Below, one piece after another: positions 55,056 through 64,000 of a stretch of 64,000 nt of DNA. The translations under genes and the position numbers were made by a program. The notes beneath the pieces are model-generated. The model had not been told where the DNA came from, searched no databases, and worked only from the letters and a program-made list of their open reading frames with translations. The first letter of the stretch is position 1, and each line of letters begins with the position of its first letter. This DNA comes from an uncultured Acidobacteriota bacterium (lineage in GTDB: Bacteria > Acidobacteriota > Thermoanaerobaculia > Multivoradales > UBA5704), in contig CAWHUF010000011.1 of assembly GCA_963832495.1 (NCBI GenBank), forward strand, positions 963,242 to 1,027,241. The letters are read 5' to 3'.

Positions 55056-56832
55056 TCAGCGCCGGAGATACCGGTCCGCTTCGGCGAGCACCTCCTTCGG
55101 TGGCTCGGTGCAGCCTTTCTCACGGAGCAGCAGGGCCAGGTAGCCGCGCAGCAGGCCGGCGGCGTCCGCTTCCCGGAGGAGCTTCTCCAGAGACGGCGCG
55201 GCGGCGAGGGCCTGCTCCAGGGTGATCTTCGTCCAGCCAGCCCGCTGGATCTCGGCACAGAGGCTCTTCGCTTCGGCATCGGAGAGTGCCAAAGCCACCA
55301 TGTCGGTGATCACGACGCCGTCCACAGACCAGACAGCCTCGTCCCCTGGAGCGCCGGGACCCACATACATCGAGGACTGGCCGCTCTCGTTGCCCCCTAC
55401 ATTGATCCTGTCCCTGAGCACCCCAGGCGTGCTTTCGAGCACAGCCCAGGGATCCCGTGCCGTGGGGATCTTCTTCGAGCTCGGTCTGCGAGACGGTGGC
55501 ACTCGTGGTGATCCGGCGCGCGTCGAGCAGAGGCGACTCGGCGGTGACGGTGATGATGTCTTCTACAGGTGCATTGACCGGCAGCACGTGGCGTACGGGC
55601 TGGAGGCCGGACGGCGCGGTCTCCTCCGGGTCCACGGCCATGAGGCTGGTGTGGTCCGTGACCAGGTGGTGGCGCAGGCCGAGCGCGGTGATGCCGCGGC
55701 GCACCTCCACCGGGTCTCCGCCGTCGGCCAGGCTGTCCGACAGCCCCTGGATCTTCCGGCGCGCCCAGAGCTTGTCGATGCCGGCGCCCTTGAACTCTCC
55801 GGCCACCGCGAAGGAGTCCTGCCAGGCCGCGCCGCCCCGGAGCCCGGAGACGGTCACCGCCCCGTCGCCCTCCTCGAGACGGGCGGTGACCACCAGAGGA
55901 TCGCCCAGGTAGAGGTCGGGGACCCGCGAGGGCCACGCTTCCGCCGAAAGATCGCTCCACTGCACCTCGATCTGCCGGAGCATCGGCGATTCGAGCTGCG
56001 AGAACAGCGCGCCCATGGCCGCCTGGACGTTCCGGACGTCGGTGATCGCGGTGAACGATCCGCTTCCCAGATCCCCCAGCCGGCGCAGGAGCGGAACGTT
56101 GGGCGCCGCGCCGATCGCCACCGGGAAGAGCCGGCGGTTGCCCAGGTTCGACTTGAGGAACTGAACGACTTTCTCCTCGTCACCGAGTTGGCCGTCCGTG
56201 GCGAAGATCACCTGCGGCACCAGGCCGGCCGGCGCCGGTTTGCGGAAGGCGATCTGGAGCGCCGGGAGCATCATCGTGCCACCATCGGCATTGAGCCCGG
56301 TGATGAAGCGGCGAGCCTTTTCCAAGGCGTCCGGAGTCGCCGGCACGCTCTCTGGAAAGACGGAGGTGGCCGTCGAATCGAACTCGACGACGTTGAACCA
56401 GTCGCCCGCCTGGAGCTTGCCCAGACCGAACAGAAGCGCCTCCCGGGCCTGCGGCATCGAAGGTCCCTCCATCGAGCCCGAGGTGTCGATGATGAAGATG
56501 GTTTCCCGTGGCAGCCGGGACACCACGGCTCCCGGCGCGTCGGGCGGCATGACCATGAGCAGCGCGTACTTCTCACCGTCCACCTCTTCCGAATAGAACA
56601 CGGCCCGCGGCTCGCGGCCGATGTCCGGCGCCCAGTCTGAGGATGGGTTCTGAAAGATCTGCGTGACCTTCGTCCGGGCGATGATCCCGGTCACCCGCAC
56701 CTCGACGGTGGCGCCAAGGACGGGCGCCTCCGTTTCTCCGAAATACAAGCCCTGCTCAGCCCAGACAAAGTCGTTCGCAACGATCACCAGAAATAAAGAC
56801 AGCGCTAGCCTTTGAATCAGATTCGATCGCAT
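55056..56832 (-). pseudogene. Truncated tandem duplicate of the VIT-vWA-Oar fusion gene: vWA with internal VIT deletion + first about 60 aa of the receptor domain, then joined to an unrelated 80-aa C-terminal segment
   Basis: MRSNLIQRLALSLFLVIVA (GGAGG RBS; homologous to the start of the 59045-61156 copy). vWA DxSxS FIIDTSGSME. ...IITVTAESPLLDARRITTSATVSQTELEE / KKIPTARDPWAVLESTPGV... then VALALSDAEAKSLCAEIQRAGW.... Confidence 0.5.
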
Positions 56833-56852
56833 TTCAAACCTCCCAGTTGGAT

Positions 56853-59800
56853 TCATCGCCAGGAAACTCTCAGGCCGAGCCGGCAGGTGCGCGGCGCGAC
56901 CTCATCATTCGCGAGGCCGGCCCGGCTCGTGCCGAGATCGGCCTCGCGCCAGAGGGTGGCGTCCTCGTTCAGCAGATTGAAGACGTCCAGGCCGAACGTC
57001 AGGTTGAAGTCACTGAGGGTGATCTCCTTCTCCAGCCGTGCGTCCACGGTGATGACGTCGTCCCCCCGCGAAGAGCCGATCTCCACGACGGGGACCCGTG
57101 CGAGCCCGGCCCGCTCGCGGACGACCTGCCGGTACCAGGCCGCCGGGTATCCCTCGCGGCCATTGACCGCGAGCCCGGCGTTGAACCCGGTGCTGAGGTG
57201 GGGGAAGAACTGGTAGAGGCCGTCCCAGTGGAACGACCAGCCGCCCAGGATGAAGCGGTCGGCCGCGTAGGGGCGGTCGAGCGCCGAGGCGGGCACGGCC
57301 ACGGGGTCGCCGTCACGGTCGCCGCCGCCCAGGGCGCGGGTGGGATCGTCGTAGCGCTCGAAGCCGGGGCCGACACGCCACGTCCAGTCGCTCCAGGTGA
57401 CGTGGCCGCGGGACATCCAGCGGTTCGAGAGCCGCTTGTTCAAGAGCAGGGAGAAGCCGAGGTAGTCCTGTTCCCGGTCGCCGTTCGTGAGGAGGGTGCC
57501 CCCGGTCCACGTGAGGCCCGGGCGCAGGTCAAAAACCGTTTCCGTCAAGGAGATCCAGTCGGCGGCCGTGGCGGCGAAAACCTTTCCATTTTCATCGCGC
57601 ACCAGGAGCCGCTCTTCGAGCACGTCCTGCGTCCGCCTCCAGGTACCCTGGAAACCGATCATGAGCTCATAGGAGAAGCTGTGCTCGACGCTGACCGCAA
57701 GCTCGTCCGTGATCTCCGGAGCCAGGTCCGAAGCGACGGCGTTGGGGTTGACGCCCAGGAGAGGATCGCGGTTGGCGCTGTACCAGGGCTGGTCTCCCTC
57801 GACCGTTGAGAAGAAGTACGACGTTGCGGAGACATTGGGATCGAGCCGGAACGCCGGCGCCGTGCCGAGCCGCGAAGCGAACCGGGAGAGCGACGTCCTC
57901 AGCAAGGTGCTCCTCTCGGGTCCGAGCGCCCAGTTCAGCCCGAGCCGGGGTGACAGGGTCTGGGGCCTGATGTCTCCAGAAGGTTGGCCGGGGATCCCCA
58001 GGTCCTGCTCGTCGAAGCGGAGCCCCAGGGTGAACGTCGCATTGCCCAGGGTGGCGATGTCCTGCACCCAGGCGCTCGCCGTTTCCGTCTCCGTCCTCAC
58101 TTCCCCGCTGCTCCAGACCTCCACCACCCTGGCGTTGCCGGGCTCCAGGGTCTCCTCCGCGATCTCGATCCGGCCCGGAGCCGTGAGGAGGGTCCGGCTG
58201 TCCTGTCCGCGCCACGAAAGCCCCGCCTTCAGCTCATGGGAAAGCTCGCCGGTGTTGAAGAAGTGGCTCCCCGTGAGCCTCGGCGATCTCCGTCCGGTGG
58301 TCCTCGGCAAAACCGAACCACGTCCCCTGGGCAACGCCCGCGGGATCGATCCGCGCCTCTCCCGCCAATCCCCCCAGCGGGACGTCGCTCTGGGTTTGAT
58401 CGATGCTCCCCCACTGGCCGCTCACATAAAAGTTGGCGGTGAAGATGTGCGTGTCCTCGATCTTCCAGATTTCATCCCGGACATCCCGGTCCCAGGTGGT
58501 CTCCGGTGCGCGGGCCGGAGAGGCCCCCAGTCCCAGGATCGAGGCGTCTCCCCGCTTCCAGAACAGGGTGGCCGAGTTGTGCTCGCCGGGTTGGCTGTTC
58601 AGCTTGAACGATCCATTTTCGAGGAGGGTTTCCTGCCGCTGGCCACCCAGGACGTTGCTGTCGGTCTCGTCGCGCTGGAGCGATCCCCACGCCCAGAGCC
58701 GGTCCCGGCGGAGCGGCCCTCCCAATTCGGCGCTGCCGCTGTCGAGCTTTTCGATCCCGTTGTCCCTGGCTTCCTGAAGAGCGTCTCCGCCCCAGAGGAA
58801 CTGGCCCGAGCCGCGCCACTCGTTGGTGCCTCGCTTGGTGACCATATTGACGTGCACGCCAGGGGTCTCCAGAACCGCGTCCGCGCCGCCGGTCGTGACG
58901 GTGACCTCCTCGTAGCTGTCGTAGTCGTAATACGCGGGAGAAGATCCCAGAGCGCTCATGTCCGTGACCGCGAAACCGTCGACCACCCAGGTGTTCTGAT
59001 CGCCCGCAGCTCCCTGCCCCACGGCAACCGTGGGCTGGCCGCTCTCATCGCCGCCCACGCTGACGCGGTCCGTGAGGACGCCCGGCGTCGACTGCAGCAC
59101 GGTCCAGGGATCGCGAGACGTGGGGATCTTCTTCGAGCTCGGTCTGCGAGACGGTACAGCTCTGGGTGATCCGGCGCTCGTCGAGCAGAGGGCTTTCGGC
59201 GGTGACGGTGATGCAGTCCTGCACTCCGTCGTCGTAGGCAAAGCCCCCGGAGCCCCGCGGCGGATTCACCGGCACGGTACGGATCGCCGGCAAGACGCCG
59301 TTCGGAGCCGAAGCCACCACGTCCACGGCGACCAGGCTGGTATAGCCCGTGACCAGGTGGTGGCGCAGGCCGAGCTCGACGATCGTGCGGCGGAGCTCAT
59401 CGGCCTCCGTGGCATTGATACCGTTTCCCAAATAGGCGCTGTCCAGAAGGGAATCGATCTTCTTCTTCGCCCACAGCTTGTGGATGCCCGCGGTGCCTGC
59501 GGTGCCTGCGCCATGGATCTCGGCCGCTTCGGGGAACGAGTCCTGCCAGAATTCGCCGCCGCGCCGGCCCGAGACCTCGACTGGCCCGGAAGAGGACCCG
59601 CGCCTTGCCACGACAGTCAGCGGCTCGCCCAGATAAAGGTCGGGAATCCGTGCGGGCCACATCTCGGCCGCCGGATCAGCCCAGCGGATTTCGAGGTCCC
59701 GGAGCATGGGCGCTTCGAGTTGGGCGAACAGGGCGCCCATGCGCTCGGCCACTTCCGAGACGCTGGAAACGTGAGTGAATGTGCCACGGCCGAGATCCGC

Positions 59801-61156
59801 TGATTTCCGCAGGAACGAGACGTTCGGGGCCGATCCGATCGCCACGGTGAACAGCCGCCGCTCGCCCAGGTGCTTGCCGAGGTATTGATAGACCTCCGCC
59901 TCGTTGCTGATCTGCCCGTCGGTCACGAACATGATCTGCCGCACGAGGCCTTCCGGGGGTGCCGGCCGCCTGAGGGGGACCACGGGCGCCTTCTCTTCGA
60001 GGGCCAGCGTCACTCCCGCGAGGATGTTGGTGCCGCCGTCCGCGCGGAGACTTTCGACGTACCGCCGGGCTGTCTCCAGGGTTCCTGGCTCCACCGGAAC
60101 GCTGTCGGGAAAGAGGACTGACGCGTCCGAGCTGAACTGGATGACGTTGAACCAGTCGCCCGGCTGGAGCCGGTCCAGAGCCAGCAGAAGGGCCTTTCGC
60201 GCCTGCCGCATGGACGCGCCTTCCATGGAGCCGGAGGTGTCGATGATGAACACCGCCTCACGCGGGAGCCGCGCCGCGACCGCTTCGGGAGCGTCCGGCG
60301 GCATCACCATGAGCAGGTCGTAGCGCTCGCCATCCAACTCTTCCGAATAGAAGACGGCCCGCGGCTCCCGGCCCACTTCCGGAGTCCACTCCAGGATGAA
60401 ATCGCTGTCCGCCATCGCCACGCTCCGGGCCAGGTCCACCGCGTAAATGTGATTCGCACCCTTTGCGACGGTGATTCCATGGGAGGGGCTCGCCACCCGG
60501 CCGAGCGGGAAGCCCGTTGCGAGATCCACGTGAAAGCCGAACGGGTTCGCGGGTGCCGATCCGGCCGGCAGCACCGGAGGATTCATGAGCGGCCCCTCGT
60601 GCGACTTGCTCGCGGCAACGCTGATCCACGGCGGGCTGTACCGGGGCGCGACGACCATGGGGAACCGCAGCCGGAACCGTCCCGCCTCCCAGCGCACGAT
60701 CTGCTGCATTTCGATCACGATTTCGACCGTTTCTCCCGGGCCGATGTTGGCCACGGAGGTCGTGAACACGTCGGTCCTCTGCTGTTCGATCAGAGACGCC
60801 TTGCGTCCTTCCTGCTTGGCCGTCTCATAGGTCCGCTTGGCCGCCGCCTTCTCCTGGATTTCGCCCACGACGAGGCGATCTCCGATCTTCATCTTCAACG
60901 TATCGACGGCCGCGTCCTCGGGCAATGGAAATATATAAATACCTTCCACCCAGTCCCGGGCCGGATTCCTGAAGATCTGTGTGACCTTGGCGCGGGCGAT
61001 GACGCCCGTGACCTTGACTTCCACCGTGGAACCGAGCACGGGAGCGGGCTCAGCCCCTTGTCCCTTGAAGAACAGGCCCTGCTCGGCCCGCGCCGCACCG
61101 GCTCCGATCAGGACGAGCAGGCAAAGCTCCGCCACTCGAATGAAGATCGATCTCAT
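56853..61156 (-). CDS. VIT-vWA domain N-terminal module fused to an Oar-like TonB-dependent-receptor-like beta-barrel (about 1430 aa; two apparent frame disruptions at about 59150 and about 58290)
   Basis: Signal MRSIFIRVAELCLLVLIGAGAARA. VIT-like region (VEVKVTGVIARAKVTQIF...RLRFPMVVAPRY). vWA (VFIIDTSGSMEG..., MFVTDGQISNE). Then ITVTAESPLLDERRITQSCTVSQTELEE-(K)IPTSRDPWTVLQSTPGVLTDRV... continuing through the barrel to ...CRLGLRVSWR. Confidence 0.55.
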
Positions 61157-61445
61157 CTCAAACCTCCCGGGCTTTTTTTCAGGGCTGTCCTCTTAAAAAG
61201 ACAGGGCCCTTGTGCCTTGCCTCCTTAAAGGGCAAGGCGGGTGCCAGCCAGGACCAGTCTTGACAAAGCCTTTACAGAAGCCGGTTTGAAGGAGGAACGA
61301 AAACGATCAATAACCGCCCGATCCAAGGATATGAACGAGCTTGATTCAATCGGTTGATCGAAGTGGAGCCGCAGTCTGAAAAATCGAACAATGTGTCCAA
61401 CGGAGGGGACGGGACGTTCCCCGGAGTCCGGAGGGGTGCTAGACT

Positions 61446-61673
61446 TTGGCCATGAAATCGGTGGCGGACGAGCTCCGGAAACGGGACCGGGAAGCGATTC
61501 TGCAGCTCACTGTCGAGGAGCGCATGGAGCTCGCCTTCAGGCTGGGCGAGGAGGACCTTGCCCTGTTCTGCCAGCACCAGGGCGTCGACCGGAGGACCGG
61601 GATCAGGCTCCTCCAGAGACGGCGCCAGGCCGGACGGCGGCCGTCCAAGTGCATGAGCGACCTCATCGGATGA
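61446..61673 (+). CDS. Small hypothetical protein (possible antitoxin-like partner)
   Basis: 75-aa ORF. Stop overlaps the next ATG (ATGA). Confidence 0.35.
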   Translation: MAMKSVADELRKRDREAILQLTVEERMELAFRLGEEDLALFCQHQGVDRRTGIRLLQRRRQAGRRPSKCMSDLIG

Positions 61674-62203
61674 GCCTGCTCGATCCAATCGTCGCAGTTC
61701 TCAGGAGTCACGGGATCTCCTTCGCCCTGGTCGGAGCTTCGGCGCTGGCGGCCCACGGCGTGGTGCGATCGACGGTCGACCAGGATCTCTTCGTAATGGA
61801 TTCCGTCTGCATGGAGCCCTCGCTTTGGAAGGCTCTCCGGGACGAAGGCGTTACGGTCGAGATCCGAAGGGGAGATCTCTTCGACCCCCTCGCGGGCGTG
61901 GTCCGATTCGAGAGAACAGGCGAGCGCCCTCTGGATCTCGTCGTGGGCAAGTACACGTGGCAGAGGGAGATTCTCGAGAGGGCCCAGGTGACTCCAGGCG
62001 CGCCGGATACGGCGATCCCGCTGGTCCGAGCAGCAGACCTGATCCTCCTGAAGCTCTATGCCGGAAGCTCACAGGACGCCTGGGATATCGAACAGCTCCT
62101 TGCAGGTGAGGACCGCGAGGCCCTGATCTCCGAAGTCAACCGGGAGCTTCCGCGGCTCACTGCTGAAAGCGCCGTCCTCTGGAAGAAGATCCTGACAGGA
62201 TAG
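61670..62203 (+). CDS. Nucleotidyltransferase-fold protein (AbiEii/MNT-like)
   Basis: MSLLDPIVAVLRSHGISFALVGASALAAHGVVRSTVDQDLFVMD (GS...D.D NTase motif). Confidence 0.5.
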   Translation: MSLLDPIVAVLRSHGISFALVGASALAAHGVVRSTVDQDLFVMDSVCMEPSLWKALRDEGVTVEIRRGDLFDPLAGVVRFERTGERPLDLVVGKYTWQREILERAQVTPGAPDTAIPLVRAADLILLKLYAGSSQDAWDIEQLLAGEDREALISEVNRELPRLTAESAVLWKKILTG

Positions 62204-62211
62204 ACGCTCTC

Positions 62212-63512
62212 TTATCCCTGCGCCGCCCGGATCATCTCCTCCAGCCGGTCCAGTCCCCTGCGCGACCTCTTCCAGCGACGGGCCGAAGGAGAGGCGGACG
62301 TGCTGGTGGAAGCGGGAGAGGCGCTGGGCGCGGCGGCGGCCGGGGTTGACGTCGAAGAAGACGCCCGGGCACGCAGATGACCTTGTGCTCCAGAGCGGCG
62401 CGGAAGAAAGCCATGCCGTCCGAGATCGGCTCGGGCAGGTCGCGCACGGAGACGAAGACGTAGAAGGTCCCGGCAGGGTCGGGGTAGACGCGCATGCCCA
62501 TCTCGTGGGCGCGGCGCAGCATCAGCTCCCGCTTGGGCAGGAAGGCGTCGCGGATGGCCCGGGTCTCGGCCAGCACCAGGTCCGGGCTCCATCAGATCGA
62601 CCGCCGCCCGCTGCTGCGGGCGCGAGCCGCCGCCGTCCAGGAAGGAGCCGGCGCTCTCGACGGCCTCGATGACCTGGCGCGGCCCCACCGTCCAGGTGAC
62701 CCGCCAGCCAGGATAGCGCCAGTTCTTGGTCAGGCCGTCCACGATCACCACCGGGTCGCGGTCCACGTCCTCGACGTAGCGGGCGGCGCTCACCATCGGG
62801 CCCGGGCTCGCCTTCGCCGAAGTTCCAGACGTAGTGGGAGTAGAACTCGTCGATCAGCAGCGTGCAGTCGAGCTCGCGGCCGACGGCGATCCAGTCCGCG
62901 AGCTCGCCGCCCGAGACCAGCTTGCCCATGGGGTTGCAGGGGTTCGAGAACAGCAGCACCGAGAGGCCGCGGCCGAGCACCTCGCGCCGCAGATCCTCGA
63001 CGCCGAAGCTGTAGCCCTGCTCGCGGCGCAGCAGGATGGGGATCGGCGTGACCAGCCGGAAGATGTCGAGCAGCTCTTCGTAGGCCGTGTAGTCGGGCAG
63101 GAAATGGCCGAGGTTGACCTGGTCGAGCGAGGCCACGGCCCGCGTCAGGGCCGCCCGGCCGCCGCCCGAGATCGCCACGTTCTCGGCCGTGTACTGCGAC
63201 GCGCATGCCCCGCCGGAAGAGCTGGTTGTAGAGCGCGGCCACGGCCTCCCGCAGCTCCCAGACGCCCGCGACCGGCGCGTAGTAGTGGTCGGCGGGATCG
63301 ATCGCCAGGGCCTCGACCCGCGGCGGCGCTCCCGGCAGCGGTCCGGTCTCCGGCTGCCCCTGGCCGAGGTTGGACCACGCGGGATCGCCCGTCTTGTAGC
63401 CCCGGGCCGTGGCCTCCTTGGTGACGTAGACCACGCCCGTCCGCGGGACGGAGCGGAAGGCCTGGAGGGTGGAGGGTGGGGGCTGGGTCGCCATGGGGGC
63501 GAAGGGTAGCAT
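62212..63512 (-). CDS. PLP-dependent aminotransferase class I/II (about 4 frame disruptions)
   Basis: Pieces: YAPVAGVWELREAVAALYNQLFRRGM; SNPCNPMGKLVSGGELADWIAVGRELDCTLLIDEFYSHYVW; VDGLTKNWRYPGWRVTW; GTFYVFVSVRDLP...AFFRAALEHKVICVPG; end ...LDRLEEMIRAAQG. Confidence 0.6.
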
Positions 63513-63552
63513 GGCCCGGCAAGCTGCGCGCGGACTCCTCTATAATGATTCC

Positions 63553-63852
63553 ATGGAAGAAAGACCCGTCGATCGTTACCGCCGTACGTTACGCCAGCAC
63601 CTGCCAGAGCTTGCGGAGAAGTACCACGTGAGCACCTTGGAGGTCTTCGGCTCCTATGTGCGCGACGAACAGACCCCGGAGAGCGACCTCGACGTGCTGG
63701 TGACGTTCGACGAGACGCCGGACCTGTTCCAGTACATGGAGCTTGAGGATCACCTCGGTGAGCTCCTTGGGGTCAAGGTCGATCTCGTGATGAAAAGCGC
63801 GCTCAAGCCCCGGTTGGAGCAACGGATCCTTCACGAAGCTATCCCGGTATGA
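63553..63852 (+). CDS. Minimal nucleotidyltransferase (MNT) antitoxin-like protein
   Basis: LEVFGSYVRDEQTPESDLDVLVTFDE. TATAAT hexamer 7 nt upstream of the ATG. Confidence 0.75.
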   Translation: MEERPVDRYRRTLRQHLPELAEKYHVSTLEVFGSYVRDEQTPESDLDVLVTFDETPDLFQYMELEDHLGELLGVKVDLVMKSALKPRLEQRILHEAIPV

Positions 63853-64000
63853 GCGAGCCACGGACAGAGGCCGCCTTCATTCAAGACATCCTCGATTTTT
63901 CAAGGGAAGCCCTTGCATTCGTTGAGGGGATGACCTTTGAAGAATTCAAAGCAGATAAGAGAACGGTTTACGCGGTTATCCGGGCTATGGAGGTCATCGG
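63849..64000 (+). CDS. HEPN/DUF86 toxin-like protein (5' part; runs off the window end)
   Basis: ATGA overlap with the MNT stop. MSEPRTEAAFIQDILDFSREALAFVEGMTFEEFKADKRTVYAVIRAMEVI typical DUF86 N-terminus. GC about 50%. Confidence 0.6.
   Translation, partial: MSEPRTEAAFIQDILDFSREALAFVEGMTFEEFKADKRTVYAVIRAMEVI

Noticed and set aside
59127-59159. Programmed +1 ribosomal frameshift site conserved in both vWA-receptor copies
   Set aside because: Shortening the CCCC run to CCC restores a reading (TELEEDPTARDPW) that matches the in-frame paralog. A systematic homopolymer length error explains the shared break more simply.

Overview
High-GC (about 68-70%) bacterial chromosomal window. The gene content looks Acidobacteria-like (Oar-type TonB-dependent-receptor-like OMPs, MacAB and FtsX ABC systems). 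The backbone is housekeeping and largely syntenic with the Bacillus smf-topA-gid-codV-clpQ-clpY block: purL-purQ-purS on the minus strand, then dprA, topA, trmFO, xerC, hslV, hslU, followed by dapF, tyrS and later gltA. Several accessory segments interrupt this backbone. (1) An AlbA_2/HATPase_c_4-type gene sits between dprA and topA. (2) A 5.2-kb insert lies between topA and trmFO: lipoprotein, SugE-type SMR, GT2, DUF547, a multiply frameshifted radical-SAM gene, a nucleoside-hydrolase remnant and a 340-bp repeat-rich block. (3) An iron-uptake cluster runs fur / FTR1 permease / FtsX-type ABC permease / ATPase / DtxR-like. (4) An IS4-family element carries 11-bp target-site duplications. (5) A MacA-MacB-type efflux operon is preceded by an 8-copy 18-bp tandem repeat derived from the 3' end of queD. 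(6) An Oar-like OMP gene on the plus strand carries about 20 frame disruptions. (7) A LytTR regulator sits next to a 26-Cys secreted protein. (8) A CPXCG zinc-finger plus EVE-domain operon lies next to an IS110-family element and a SWIM-SNF2 helicase. (9) The most unusual locus is on the minus strand: a VIT-vWA N-terminal module is fused, in place of the usual carboxypeptidase-regulatory domain, to an Oar-like TonB-dependent-receptor barrel, and a VIT-deleted partial tandem duplicate follows it. (10) Two toxin-antitoxin-like pairs close the window: a small ORF plus nucleotidyltransferase, and MNT plus HEPN. Many genes show apparent frameshifts, some at homopolymers, including purL, xerC, tetR, apbE, ABC permeases, an aminotransferase, radical SAM and the Oar-like gene. 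These frame disruptions are distributed unevenly, so both assembly indel error and real pseudogene decay are plausible. Several six-frame 'fusion' ORFs are probably artifacts of this. No rRNA, tRNA or CRISPR array was recognised.
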